DNA of 64,000 nt from Rhodospirillales bacterium (GCA_038143065.1 JAYQLI010000035.1:1120001-1184000), one strand, 5' to 3'; positions 1-11,390 are shown, counted from the first letter of the stretch. Made by a program: numbers and translations. Notes: generated by a model not told the origin, from the letters alone.

Positions 1-686
1 GGTACCCGAACCTATTGCATCGCGAAAAGGCATATAGAACGCACTGGCGTATTTAGCAGCATAGGACAAAATTCGAACGTGATCATACCCAGCAGAATCC
101 AAGGCATCTCGGATGGCACCAACACGACCATCCATCATATCGGAAGGTGAAATGACATCACATCCAGCCTCAGCTTGAAGAACAGATTGACGGCAAAGAA
201 CGTCAACTGTTTCATCATTCACTACATATCCGTCTCTAACTAGGCCGTCTTGTCCATGGCTGGTGAAGGGATCAAGTGCTGCATCACAAATAATACCGAT
301 ATCTGGAACGACGCTTTTAACAGCCTTTATTGCCTGGATAACAATGTTATCCGCATTAACTGCTTCTGATCCATCAGGGTCTTTTTTTGCTTTATCTATT
401 TCTGGGAAGATAGCAACAGCTGGGATACCAAGATCAGCGGCTTCGGCAACAGCTTCTGCAATTCGGTCAGCGCTCCATCGGAACTGACCTGGCATTGCAG
501 AAATTTCTTCTTTCTTGCCATTCCCTTCAGCCACAAAAACCGGCCAGATTAAATCATTCGTAGTTAGTGTGTTTTCTCTTACTAGTCGGCGATTCCAGAA
601 TCACGACGGTTTCTGCGCATACGAATTTTTGGGAAGGAGCCACTGCCTAGCAGTGTTCTCCTTAGAGAATTAGCTCCTTCATCCAT
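1..686 (-). CDS. hemB: Porphobilinogen synthase (delta-aminolevulinic acid dehydratase); 3' end runs off the window; frameshift near 600
   Basis: Manual minus-strand translation: MDEG...[11 protein letters not shown] / [23 protein letters not shown] ... [14 protein letters not shown] ... [14 protein letters not shown] ... [22 protein letters not shown], the ALAD signature. Not present in the ORF track. Confidence 0.93.
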
Positions 687-820
687 CGTTTTTTCCTCTA
701 AATTCAAAATTCTGCTTCACTACATTCCATATTAGCGCTTTTACGGCAATTGCAGAGTTAGCAATCGGAGGTTACACCCTTTTACCTTGGCCCTTTGTTT
801 CAATACCTCAGAGGCTTCTT

Positions 821-1975
821 ATGGAATTCAATCTAAATGAAGATCAGTTGGCTTTCCAAGATTCTGCGCGCCGCTTTGCTTCTGCATGTTTAGCTCCCAA
901 CGCAGCAGATTGGGATAGGGATGCTCATTTTCCAATAGATATAATGCGAGAAGCGGCGGCTATTGGGTTTGGTGGTATCTACGTGGCGGCCGACGTTGGA
1001 GGCTCCGATCTGAAAAGAATTGATGCTGCCATCATCTTCGAGGCTTTAGCTGAGGGGTGCACGTCGACGGCTGCATTTTTATCTATCCATAATATGGCAG
1101 CCTGGATGATCGACTGCTTTGGGTCACCTGAGCAGAGACAACGATGGCTGCCTGACCTCACCACGATGACAATGATAGCCAGCTATTGCCTCACCGAGCC
1201 AGGTTCTGGTTCAGATGCAGCTGCTCTTAAAACTAAGGCTGTCCTGAGAGGAGATCACTATATTTTAAATGGTGGCAAAGCCTTTATTTCTGGTGCCGGA
1301 ACCTCAGACCTCTATATCACCATGGTTCGTACTGGCGATGATGGCCCAAAAGGCATCACCTGTTTGGCTATACCAAAAGATACACCAGGCGTTTCATTCG
1401 GCAAAACTGAACGAAAAATGGGGTGGAATAGTCAACCGACTGCGCAGGTTATTTTTGAAGACGCCCGAGTTCCAGTAGAAAATAGAATAGGTGCCGAAGG
1501 CGAAGGATTTAAAATTGCAATGGCCGGACTTGATGGAGGCAGGATAAACATTGCTGCATGCTCCACTGGAACAGCGCATGCGGCCCTGAATACCTCGATT
1601 GCGTACATGAATGATCGACAGGCATTCGGCCAGAAACTTTCAAATTTCCAAGCTCTACAGTTCAAATTAGCCGATATGGCTACAAACTTAGAGGCAGCTC
1701 GCCTTATGATGTATCGGGCCGCGAATTCTTTGGACTCAAGATCACCAGACGCGACCCTTCATTGCGCGATGGCTAAGCGATTTGCGACCGACGTTGGGTT
1801 CGATGTATGCAACGAGGCGCTACAAATCCACGGCGGTTATGGTTACTTAAATGACTTCCCACTGGAACGACATGTTCGTGATGTTCGTGTGCACCAGATA
1901 CTAGAAGGCACAAATGAAATCATGCGCGTAATTATTGCTCGCAAACTTCTGGGTGATTTGAGGAATAAGGCATGA
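821..1975 (+). CDS. Acyl-CoA dehydrogenase (isobutyryl-CoA dehydrogenase-like)
   Basis: [29 protein letters not shown] and [11 protein letters not shown] motifs; first gene of an ACAD-HIBCH-mmsB cluster. Confidence 0.92.
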   Translation: MEFNLNEDQLAFQDSARRFASACLAPNAADWDRDAHFPIDIMREAAAIGFGGIYVAADVGGSDLKRIDAAIIFEALAEGCTSTAAFLSIHNMAAWMIDCFGSPEQRQRWLPDLTTMTMIASYCLTEPGSGSDAAALKTKAVLRGDHYILNGGKAFISGAGTSDLYITMVRTGDDGPKGITCLAIPKDTPGVSFGKTERKMGWNSQPTAQVIFEDARVPVENRIGAEGEGFKIAMAGLDGGRINIAACSTGTAHAALNTSIAYMNDRQAFGQKLSNFQALQFKLADMATNLEAARLMMYRAANSLDSRSPDATLHCAMAKRFATDVGFDVCNEALQIHGGYGYLNDFPLERHVRDVRVHQILEGTNEIMRVIIARKLLGDLRNKA

Positions 1976-3024
1976 GCAACGATATTCTTTTTGAGGAACG
2001 TGGGAAGGTTGGGCTAATTACGTTGAACCGCCCGAAGGCTTTGAATGCAATTAGTGTTGAAATGGTGCGGGCAATGACCCTTGCGCTCGACCAATGGGCT
2101 GCCAGTGAAACAATAAGAGCCGTTATAATTTTAGGAGCTGGCGGCAGAGCATTTGCAGCAGGCGGCGACATACAAAGACTTTATGAGTTCATGTCGGCAA
2201 AAGATATGTCATACCCGATCGAATTTTTTGCTGAAGAATATCGACTTAACCAAAAAATCAAGCGTTTTCCCAAACCTTATATATCAATTTACAATGGGAT
2301 CGTTATGGGCGGTGGGGTCGGCGTGTCCGTGCATGGATCCTGCAGAATAGCCACAGATGCAACAATATTAGCAATGCCCGAGACCGGGATAGGTTTCTTT
2401 CCAGACGTCGGGGGTACGTATTTTATGCCCAGACTTAATGGAGGCTTGGGCAACTACATGGCACTTACAGGGGCACGACTGGATGGTGGAGACTGCGTTA
2501 CCGAAGGTTTAGCTGATCATTATATAAAGGTAGGTGAGATTGACTCGCTAATTTACGCTTTAGTGGATAGCGATAATATCGGAGCAACCATAAAGGAAAT
2601 GTCTGTTCATCCCCCTATTGGTAAACATGCAACAATTCGAAACGAAATCAGAAGCTGCTTCAATCATTCATCGATTGAAGAAGTAATCAGATCTTTAGAA
2701 AAAAATGATACCGAATGGGCAAATAGTCAGCTCAACACAATCCGGCAAAAATCCCCGCTCTCTGTAGCCGTTACTTGGGAGCAATTACGACGAGGGGCCA
2801 CACTGGATTTTGAACAATGCCTTCAACTTGAATACAGGATTGCTCTCGCTAGCTGCCAAACTGGTGAATTCAGAGAAGGAGTAAGAGCTCTTCTCATTGA
2901 CAAAGACAACAAACCTCAATGGAGACACGTCAGAGTTGAGGACGTATCCGAAGAGGAGATACAGGCTCATTTTCAAGAGCCTTCATCAGGTGACATGAAA
3001 TTTAATTTAAATAACGAGATATAA
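1972..3024 (+). CDS. 3-hydroxyisobutyryl-CoA hydrolase (crotonase family)
   Basis: [46 protein letters not shown]; ATGA overlap with the upstream gene. Confidence 0.92.
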   Translation: MSNDILFEERGKVGLITLNRPKALNAISVEMVRAMTLALDQWAASETIRAVIILGAGGRAFAAGGDIQRLYEFMSAKDMSYPIEFFAEEYRLNQKIKRFPKPYISIYNGIVMGGGVGVSVHGSCRIATDATILAMPETGIGFFPDVGGTYFMPRLNGGLGNYMALTGARLDGGDCVTEGLADHYIKVGEIDSLIYALVDSDNIGATIKEMSVHPPIGKHATIRNEIRSCFNHSSIEEVIRSLEKNDTEWANSQLNTIRQKSPLSVAVTWEQLRRGATLDFEQCLQLEYRIALASCQTGEFREGVRALLIDKDNKPQWRHVRVEDVSEEEIQAHFQEPSSGDMKFNLNNEI

Positions 3025-3040
3025 TACAGGAGTTTTTGTT

Positions 3041-3937
3041 ATGGCTCGAATAGCATTCATCGGCGTTGGGAATATGGGCGGACCGATGTCAATAAACCTT
3101 GCTAAGGCTCAGCATCAGGTTCAGGCCTTTGATCTTTCACCTACGGCACTCAAGGCTGCTGAAGACGGTGGGGCAACAGCAGCAGCTAGCGTAGCAGACG
3201 CTGTAAAAGATGCTGAAATTGTTATTACGATGCTCCCAGCAGGAGCTCATGTCAGAGAAGTTTACACCGGCTCTGGCGGTATATTTGAGAACGCACCAAA
3301 GGGTTGCCTATTTATTGATAGTTCCACTATCGATGTCGCAACTACGCGCGAGATAATTAGCGAAGCAAAGTCCGCTGGATTTGATATGGTTGACGCTCCT
3401 GTATCAGGTGGCACTGGTGGAGCAGCAGCTGGAACATTGACGTTCATGGTAGGTGGAGAGCAAGCCGCATTTGATCGCGGGCAGCCAGCTTTTCAAGCAA
3501 TGGGTAAGACCATAGTGCACTGCGGAGAAGCAGGGGCCGGACAAGCAGTAAAGGCCTGCAACAACATGATGTTAGCAATAACCATGATCGGAGTTGCCGA
3601 AGGCTTCAACCTAGCGGATTCACTCGGCATTGATCGACAAATTGTGTATAATGTTTGCTCTACAGCAACTGCAAATTCTTGGGCGCTTTCGACCTATTGC
3701 CCGGTTCCTGGTCCGGCCCCCAGCTCACCAGCAAACAGAAATTACGAGGCTGGCTTCACTGCAGATATGATGTTAAAGGATCTTCGACTTGCTCAGGATG
3801 CCGCTCAAAAAGCAGGAGTATCGACACCTCTCGGCTCAGAAGCTCAGGCTCTTTACGCGTTATATTCCAACATGGGCGAAGGAGGTAAAGACTTCTCTGG
3901 AATTATACAGATGCTGCGAGGAAAATCTGGCGATTAA
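3041..3937 (+). CDS. mmsB: 3-hydroxyisobutyrate dehydrogenase
   Basis: FIGVGNMGGPM, DAPVSGG, KACNNM, YCPVPG, LKDL; RBS AGGAG upstream. Confidence 0.95.
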   Translation: MARIAFIGVGNMGGPMSINLAKAQHQVQAFDLSPTALKAAEDGGATAAASVADAVKDAEIVITMLPAGAHVREVYTGSGGIFENAPKGCLFIDSSTIDVATTREIISEAKSAGFDMVDAPVSGGTGGAAAGTLTFMVGGEQAAFDRGQPAFQAMGKTIVHCGEAGAGQAVKACNNMMLAITMIGVAEGFNLADSLGIDRQIVYNVCSTATANSWALSTYCPVPGPAPSSPANRNYEAGFTADMMLKDLRLAQDAAQKAGVSTPLGSEAQALYALYSNMGEGGKDFSGIIQMLRGKSGD

Positions 3938-3976
3938 GTTGCAAGATGTGATCACTTAGCGGGCAAATAAACCGTA

Positions 3977-4060
3977 TTCTTCTCCCTTTCAAGCACACTA
4001 AATGATGATGCGTTCTACACAAAACCTCTATCTCTTGAGCGCTTGAAAGGGGAAGAAGAA
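3977..4060. terminator. Long imperfect inverted repeat between convergent genes (terminator or structured RNA)
   Basis: TTCTTCTCCCTTTCAAGC (3977-3994) pairs with GCTTGAAAGGGGAAGAAGAA (4041-4060) around a loop of about 46 nt. Confidence 0.4.
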
Positions 4061-4137
4061 AAGCACCAAACGTAAAACAGCTAGCTAAGTTTGCTGACGC
4101 AGCTCAAGAAAGAGTAATCAGTCATTGCATAAATGTC

Positions 4138-4887
4138 TTAATAATCTTGAAGAAGAGATCCGAACCCATAAACCTTATCATTGATGCCATTCATACGCAG
4201 GGCATGCCAATATGTTACCGTGTTGATTGCTAGGACAGGCTTGTCTAGCCAAAACTCTGCCATTGGTGCGAGTTTAGCAAAACAAAGATTGGTTCCAACT
4301 TGCAATATAGCCTCAACCTGAGAGTCATTCACTCTTTCAACGGCATTACGCAAGGTTTTGGGATCAACATGGGCAATTGAAGTCGGGCTGTCACATTTAA
4401 GACCTTCAACAGCAACTACCTCGAAACCACAGTCAGAGAAGAATTTTGTTACCTCACTATCTCCAATTGGCATGTAGGGGGTAATAACTCCTATTCGAGT
4501 AATATCTCCGAAGCACCTTAATGCAGCTTGACTTGCATCAGAGCCCATAGCTACCGGCAAGCCATTCGCGCGGTCTCCTATTTTTTTCTTAAGCTCGATA
4601 GATCCTTGCAAACCTCCCCAGAATGTTTCTGAAGACATCCCCATAACTATTGCGTTAGGACGTGCGGTCATGACCCTATCAACAGCTTGAAATAGCTCAG
4701 CTCGGATGCGAACCATTAATTCTTCAAAGTCAGCATCAGAAGTAAGACGATCATCCGGAATATGGATACGACTAAAATGATTAGTCACCCCGTAAGGCGC
4801 CATCCAACCAAATTCAGGCTGCACAATCGTATTTGTTGAGGGCGCTATAACGCCAAATTTCATTCGATGGCCAAGAACGTCTGACAT
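4138..4887 (-). CDS. Asp/Glu racemase superfamily protein (maleate isomerase / arylmalonate decarboxylase-like)
   Basis: GVIAPSTNTIVQPE, HFSRI, GVITPY, GTNL, KPVLAIN, GFGSLL; ATG at 4887 with a GAGGA RBS overlapping the parE stop. Confidence 0.8.
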   Translation of the reverse strand: MSDVLGHRMKFGVIAPSTNTIVQPEFGWMAPYGVTNHFSRIHIPDDRLTSDADFEELMVRIRAELFQAVDRVMTARPNAIVMGMSSETFWGGLQGSIELKKKIGDRANGLPVAMGSDASQAALRCFGDITRIGVITPYMPIGDSEVTKFFSDCGFEVVAVEGLKCDSPTSIAHVDPKTLRNAVERVNDSQVEAILQVGTNLCFAKLAPMAEFWLDKPVLAINTVTYWHALRMNGINDKVYGFGSLLQDY

Positions 4888-4898
4888 CAGGGCTTTCC

Positions 4899-6892
4899 TC
4901 AAATGTCCAGATTATCTGCAAAGCGCGCATTCTCTTGAATAAAAGCCAAACGGGTTTCGGGGCGCTTACCCATGAGGCGATCAACCAAATCTTCAGAGGA
5001 GCGTCGGGCTTCAAGGCCGACAGCTGGTTCTCCCGCACCGTCGGTTAATGCAACCTGTAAAAGCTTTCGCTTATCTGGCGCCATAGTCGTATCACGGAGC
5101 TGCCCAGGAGGCATTTCCCCTAAGCCTTTAAAACGACTTATTTCAACTTTTCGCTTGCCCTTAAAAGAAGTTTCTAGAAGTTCCTCCCTATGAGCATCAT
5201 CTCTCGCGTAGTGTGTTTCGCCACCAGCGGTTAAACGATAAAGAGGTGGTTGTGCCAAATATAGACCACCATTTTCTATGAGCTCCGGCATCTCTTGGAA
5301 AAAGAAAGTCATCAAAAGAGATGCAATGTGAGCTCCATCTACATCCGCATCTGTCATGATAATGATGCGCTCGTAGCGAAGCTTGTCATGGTCATATGAT
5401 TTTCCCGCCCCCGCGCCTAAGGCGAGTAAAATGTCTTGCACCTCTTGATTAGCGCGCATCTTGTCAGCAGTGGCATTGGCTACATTCAGAATTTTCCCGC
5501 GTAACGGCAAAATTGCTTGTGTTTTCCTGTCACGAGCCTGCTTCGCAGAGCCCCCGCGCTATCACCCTCTACGAGGAAAAGTTCGCAGCCTTCGGGTCCT
5601 GGTAGAGAACAATCTGCAAGTTTACCTGGGAGACGCAACTTACGGCTAGTCGCAGATTTGCGCTTCACCTCACGTTCCGCCCTACGTTTCAAGCGTTCTT
5701 CTGATCTCTCAATGACATGAGAAAGTAAGGCATCTGCATTAGCTGGATTGGCTGCGAGCCAGCTCTCAAAACGATCACGAACTGCCGCCTCAACAAACCT
5801 CTGAGCTTCGGGTGTTTCAAGCCGCTCCTTCGTTTGTCCTTGAAACTGCGGATCTCTGATAAAACAGGATAGCATTAGTGCACAACCGCCAGCGACATCT
5901 TCACCAGTGACTTGACTCACCTTTTTAACGTTCTTCAGATCACCAAAATTTTTGATGCCTCTAAGAAGCGCAGCGCGGAAGCCTGCCTCATGGCTCCCAC
6001 CCAAGGGCGTAGGAATTGTGTTGCAGTACGAATGAGAAAAGCCATCATCACCATCATCTGGCCATGCAAGTGCCCATTCTACTCGCCCTGTACCATTAAA
6101 AGAAGCTTCCCCAGCAAAAGGCAAATCAGTAGCCGTTGAACGTTGACCAAGGCTTGCAGTTAAGAAATCCAGCAAACCTCCAGGGAATTGAAGATCTTCT
6201 TCCGCAGGTGTTTTATCACCCTCTGCAATAAGATTAGGCGGGCACTTCCAACGAATTTTTACACCCTTGAAGAGGTAAGCCTTGGAGCGAGCCATTCGAT
6301 ATAGCCTAGAAGGACTAAATTTTAGTCTGTCCCCAAAAATCTCTGGATCGGGCTTAAAACGGATGGTGGTGCCGCGCCGGTTTGTTACAACTCCCACATT
6401 CTCCAGCTTTGACTTAGATATGCCCTTTGAATAATTCTGCCGCCAAAGCTTACGGTCTCTTGCAACCTCAACCGTAAGATCCTCCGACAGCGCATTCACC
6501 ACAGACATGCCAACACCGTGTAAGCCGCCTGAGGTAGCGTAGTTTTTTCCTGAAAACTTTCCTCCGGAATGCAAGGTAGTAAGGATTACTTCAAGAGCCG
6601 ATAGGTCTTTGAATTTCGGGTGTGGGTCTACAGGAATTCCGCGACCATTATCCCTAACCTGAAAGTATCCATCTGGTGTTAATTCAACATCAATCTGACT
6701 TGCATGGCCTTCAACAGCTTCATCCATTGAATTGTCTAAAATTTCAGCTGCCAAATGATGGTAAGCTCGCTCATCAGCTCCACCGATGTACATTCCAGGT
6801 CGGCGGCGCACTGCCTCTAAACCCTCTAACACCTCAATATCAGCGGCGGTGTATTCTGACTTAGAGTTAGTATCTGCAAATAAATCAGTCAT
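4899..6892 (-). CDS. parE: DNA topoisomerase IV subunit B; frameshift near 5552 in EGDSAGGS
   Basis: [33 protein letters not shown] / [30 protein letters not shown]; short form without the GyrB insertion. Two ORFs (5486..6892 and 4899..5510) join by one missing G. Confidence 0.93.
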
Positions 6893-7111
6893 CTTGAGCC
6901 ATTTGTTAGGAGCGTTTTAGACTATGACTTGTTTAAGGGGAGTAGTATCTAACCACAAGCATCCTTACTCTGGAAAACCACAACTTCATCATCAGGACAT
7001 TGGCTCGTTACTTACAGGCGACTATCCCACCGCATTTGCCAGAGAATACAAATTTTTAGGATCAACTGTATTTGCTTAGAAGCGCTAATTATATTGCTGG
7101 AGTTTAACCTT

Positions 7112-8680
7112 ATGTCAGTTTTTAAAAGCCGTTTTGCTGACATTACCCTTCAAAAATTATCCGTCTCTGAGCGAGTTTTCCAAGGCCTAAGTAGTCGCCC
7201 GAATGAGCCAGTCTTAATTGATGGTCCTACAGGACGATCCTTAAACGGAAGCGAAACGATCGATCAGATCAAGCGGCTTGCTGGGGGCCTGAACTCCAAG
7301 GGCCTTGGTGCAGGTAAAGTCATGGGAATAATGGCGCCTAACATCCCTGAATACGCGATTGCATTCTACGGAATGCTGCACGCGGGTGGCACAGTTACTA
7401 CAATTAATCCTTCATATACTGCCGTAGAAGTTAGCCATCAGCTACAAGATGCAAAAACAGACCTGCTCGTAACCACTCTTGATTTTTTAAAAACCGCACA
7501 AGCTGCTGTTGATGAATGTAATCGGGAAGTCGAAATAGCAATTATTGATACGATGGATGGTATCACTTGCCTGAGTGATCTTAAGGGCAATCCTCAACAT
7601 GAACAAACTCCGATTGATCTTGAGACACATGTAGCAGCATTGCCCTATTCATCGGGGACCACAGGCCTGCCAAAGGGGGTAATGCTAAGTCATCAAAATC
7701 TCGTTGCTAACATAGACCAATTTCTGACTATGCTACCCACTTCTCCTGGAGAAGCAGCAGTAGTCTTTCTCCCGCTTTTCCATATTTACGGGCTAAATGC
7801 GTTGCTCTCGCCGTATCTGGCATCAGGCGGCTGTATTGTTACCATGCCGCGCTTCGACTTTGATCTCTATTTAAAACTCGTCGCACAATATAAAACGCCA
7901 AAACTTTGGACTGCACCGCCGGTTGCGCTTGGCCTAACCCAGCATCCAGCAATCGATCATGCAGATCTATCTTCGGTACAGGTTCTTTTCTCTGCAGCAG
8001 CACCACTCCCTGATGATGTTGGAGCCGCATGTGCCTCTCGACTTGGTTGCATTGTGACGCAAGGTTACGGGATGACGGAATTGAGTCCAGCTTCCCACTT
8101 AACCCCACCAGAACTTGCTAAGGCGGGCGCCGTCGGACTGACTGCCCCAAGTACGGAAACTCGCATTATTAATCCAGAAACCGGAGAGAGAGTTGGTCCC
8201 AACCAAGAAGGAGAGGTTCAAGTTCGCGGACCACAGGTAATGTTAGGATATCTAAACAATCCGCAAGCCACCGCTGAAACTATCATAGATAACGGGTGGC
8301 TAAGAACAGGAGATTTGGGCTTTGTAGATGAAGATGGCTATCTCTACATCCGCGATAGACTAAAGGAGCTAATCAAATTCAAAGGATTTCAAGTTGCCCC
8401 TGCCGAAGTTGAGAATGCACTTCTTTCCCATTCTGGGATTGCTGATGCTGCCGTCATAGGCATCCCTGATACTGAAGCTGGTGAGCTACCATGCGCATAT
8501 GTAGTTAAGAACCCCCAACATCAGGTTTCCATTGAAGATTTGAGTGCCCATGTCTCTGGTCGTCTAGCAAGCTACAAAAGCCCTGCAAAAATTTCTTTCG
8601 TGGAATCCATACCCAAATCCGCATCTGGGAAGATACTTCGCAGGGTTTTAAAGGCTCAAGCCTTATCTGGAGATCTATAA
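7112..8680 (+). CDS. AMP-dependent acyl-CoA ligase, 4-coumarate-CoA ligase-like
   Basis: YSSGTTGLPKGV, GYGMTE, GWLRTGD, DRLKELIK, KSASGKILRR; ATG at 7112 follows GGAG. Confidence 0.9.
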   Translation: MSVFKSRFADITLQKLSVSERVFQGLSSRPNEPVLIDGPTGRSLNGSETIDQIKRLAGGLNSKGLGAGKVMGIMAPNIPEYAIAFYGMLHAGGTVTTINPSYTAVEVSHQLQDAKTDLLVTTLDFLKTAQAAVDECNREVEIAIIDTMDGITCLSDLKGNPQHEQTPIDLETHVAALPYSSGTTGLPKGVMLSHQNLVANIDQFLTMLPTSPGEAAVVFLPLFHIYGLNALLSPYLASGGCIVTMPRFDFDLYLKLVAQYKTPKLWTAPPVALGLTQHPAIDHADLSSVQVLFSAAAPLPDDVGAACASRLGCIVTQGYGMTELSPASHLTPPELAKAGAVGLTAPSTETRIINPETGERVGPNQEGEVQVRGPQVMLGYLNNPQATAETIIDNGWLRTGDLGFVDEDGYLYIRDRLKELIKFKGFQVAPAEVENALLSHSGIADAAVIGIPDTEAGELPCAYVVKNPQHQVSIEDLSAHVSGRLASYKSPAKISFVESIPKSASGKILRRVLKAQALSGDL

Positions 8681-8705
8681 ATTAGGGTAAGATATCACCT
8701 TAGTT

Positions 8706-9638
8706 CTAAATTCTAACTTCAAACTTTGTTGCTTGAGGGATAACCTCTGATACCAGACGTTCAGTTTGTGCCAAAAGGTCCGAGTCAGTTAGGCCTATTG
8801 GGCGCAGAATAAATTTTGAAATCCCCACTGCAGCATAACCTTCGATACGCTTAAGGATGTCCTCTGCATCACCGACAGCAAAGTGTTTTTTAGCGTCACG
8901 TCCAGTGCGTTTTTCAAAAGCAGCAGTTCGCTTTGGAAGATCGGCATCCTCCCAATTTCCAAACCGGAAGTGAAAGCCAGCTCCATAGTGATCTGAGTCA
9001 ATTGTACGCTCTTCATGTACTAAGGCAGCTTTGATAGCGTCTAGTACAGGAGGCAATTCATCGGCCGTTTCCTGACCAGCTTGCCAACCAGTCCCAAATT
9101 TTGCTGTTCTTCTAATTGCAGGTTTTGAAGATCCTCCAATCCAAAACGGGATTTTTTTCTGAACCGGCTTTGGCTCTATTCGGGCAGCTTGATAGTTAAA
9201 ATGGTCACCTTCAAAAGTTACAGAATCTTCTCTCCACAACCTTGTAACTAGCTCCATGGCTTCGTCTGCGATCTTACCTGACCCTTTTGATGACCGCCCT
9301 GTAGCTCCCCAATCGGGTGCCACTGCTGAGCCCACACCAAAGGCTGGAAGCAATCGTCCATCAGAAAGAAAATCGATAGTTGCGCATTGCTTCGCCATTA
9401 GTAGAGGGTCACGAAGGCCAAGAGAGGCAACGTTCATGCCAAATTTCATTCGACGGGTCCGACCCGCGAGGGCTGCCATTGCACTCATACATTCCAAATG
9501 TGGAATTGGAGAAACTAGGCGGTCAGTTTGCCAAAGGCTGTCCACGCCTCCAACTTCCGCCAAATCAACCCACTCCCAGTACGCCTTTGCCGAAGAAAAC
9601 GGAAAGTCCGCCAAACCCAAGCCCACACTAACGGCCAT
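8706..9638 (-). CDS. LLM-class flavin- or F420-dependent oxidoreductase
   Basis: GVDSLWQTDR, ALAGRT, RDPLLMAKQCATIDFLSDGRL, PKPVQ, WIGG; start taken at MAVSVG. Confidence 0.88.
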   Translation of the reverse strand: MAVSVGLGLADFPFSSAKAYWEWVDLAEVGGVDSLWQTDRLVSPIPHLECMSAMAALAGRTRRMKFGMNVASLGLRDPLLMAKQCATIDFLSDGRLLPAFGVGSAVAPDWGATGRSSKGSGKIADEAMELVTRLWREDSVTFEGDHFNYQAARIEPKPVQKKIPFWIGGSSKPAIRRTAKFGTGWQAGQETADELPPVLDAIKAALVHEERTIDSDHYGAGFHFRFGNWEDADLPKRTAAFEKRTGRDAKKHFAVGDAEDILKRIEGYAAVGISKFILRPIGLTDSDLLAQTERLVSEVIPQATKFEVRI

Positions 9639-9796
9639 ACTCAAAAACTCCCCAAGTACTAAGAATAAAAGCCTATGACGCGAGCAGGATGACTTGCAAT
9701 GTCTGAAAAACAAAATAAGCCGACTTGTACTACACCACCCTACCCGCGTAGGCTTCCACTTTAATTGAACTTCAAACTCAGGGGGATTCACTGCCG

Positions 9797-10973
9797 ATGA
9801 GTATAAGAGGCAAGGCCTGTATTGCTGGGATTTACGAACATCCTACTCGCAAGGCACCCGATAAATCATTAGCCCAACTACATGCTGAGGTGGCTGCTGG
9901 CGCCACTCGCAGATGCAGGGCTTTCTTTTTCTGATGTGGATGGATTTTACTGCGCTGGAGATGCCCCTGGCCTTGGCGGAATGTCAATGGCCGAATATAT
10001 GGGATTAAATCTACGTCACATTGATACAACAGAAACAGGCGGATCATCATACGTAATCCACGTGAACCACGCTGCCCAAATGATAGCTGCTGGGAAAATT
10101 GACGTCGCGCTGATTACTCTTGCTGGTAGGCCTCGCTCAGAAGGTATGGCCACGGGAACCGCACCCCGAATTTATGACCAAAACGCTCCCGACGTTGGGT
10201 TTGAAGCTCCATATGGGCCAACTGTTGTGAATATGTATGCCATGGCAGCAATGCGGCACATGCATGAATTTGGAACGACTTCTGAACAGCTGGCTTGGAT
10301 TAAGGTCGCGGCTTCAACACATGCTCAATATAATGAGCATGCAATGCTCCGTGATGTAGTAACCGTAGAGGACGTTGTTAATTCCCCGATGATCTCAGAT
10401 CCACTACACCGCCTTGATTGTTGTGTTATTTCTGACGGTGGTGGAGCAATTGTTATGGTGAAGCCAGAGATTGCCAAATCACTTAAACGGCCAGTCGTTA
10501 AGTACCTGGGTGGTGGAGAAACTATAAAGCATCTCAACAGTGGAAATGTTGATTTAACATATACTGGTGCTCGACACTCCGGCCCACCTGCTTTTGAGGA
10601 ATCTGGAGTTAAACATGGTGATATAAAATACGCCTCAATATATGACAGCTTCACAATAACAGTTTTGGAAACTATCGAAGACCTGGGCTTTTGCGAAAAA
10701 GGTCAGGGCGGTAAATTTGTTTCGGACGGTAATTTAATTTCTGGAGTGGGTAAGCTGCCTTTCAATACCGATGGTGGGGGACTGTGCAATAACCATCCTG
10801 CTAACCGAGGCGGTATGACAAAGGTATTGGAAGCAGTACGTCAGGTCCGAGGTGAAGCTCATCCTAAGGTTCAGGTTCCGAATTGTGATATTGCCCTAGC
10901 CCATGGCACAGGCGGGTCAATTGGAACCCGTATGGGAAGCGCAACCATAATTATTGGCCAGGAGGACGCATAA
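9797..10973 (+). CDS. SCP2-type thiolase-fold protein; frameshift near 9903
   Basis: True start MSIRGKACIAGIYEHPTRKA at 9797 joins the 9882 ORF by removing one C. Motifs DCCVISDGG, YDSFT, NTDGGGL, NHP, EAVRQVRGEA. Confidence 0.88.
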
Positions 10974-11359
10974 TGCCCCAAGAAAGTTATATTCATCCTC
11001 CCATTAACCCAGAGACAAAAGAATTTTGGGATGCTGCAAAGCAGGGTAAATTCCTTGTTCCCCGCTGTCCTGATACGGGTAAGTACCTATGGTTCCCTCG
11101 CCGTGTGTCTCCCTTCACGGGGAAAACCAATGTTGAATATGTAGAGAGCAAAGGCACAGGGACAATTTACACATTTAGCGTTATGCGCAGGTCAAAACAG
11201 CCCTATTGCATAGCTTATGTTACCCTCGATGAAGGGCCAACAATTATGACCAATATCGTCAATGTTGATTATGATACTGTCGAAATTGGGATGAAGGTAA
11301 AAGTTACCTTCAAGGACCTGAACGACGAAGCTGCACTTCCATTATTTGAACCTGCTTAA
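10973..11359 (+). CDS. DUF35 Zn-ribbon/OB-fold protein (thiolase partner)
   Basis: EFWDAAKQGK, FPRRVSPF, GTIYTFSV, LDEGPTIMTNIV, IGMKVKVTF, PLFEP; TAATG coupling to the thiolase-fold gene. Confidence 0.9.
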   Translation: MPQESYIHPPINPETKEFWDAAKQGKFLVPRCPDTGKYLWFPRRVSPFTGKTNVEYVESKGTGTIYTFSVMRRSKQPYCIAYVTLDEGPTIMTNIVNVDYDTVEIGMKVKVTFKDLNDEAALPLFEPA

Positions 11360-11390
11360 TCGTTCAGAAAATCAAGCGATATTTTAACCG

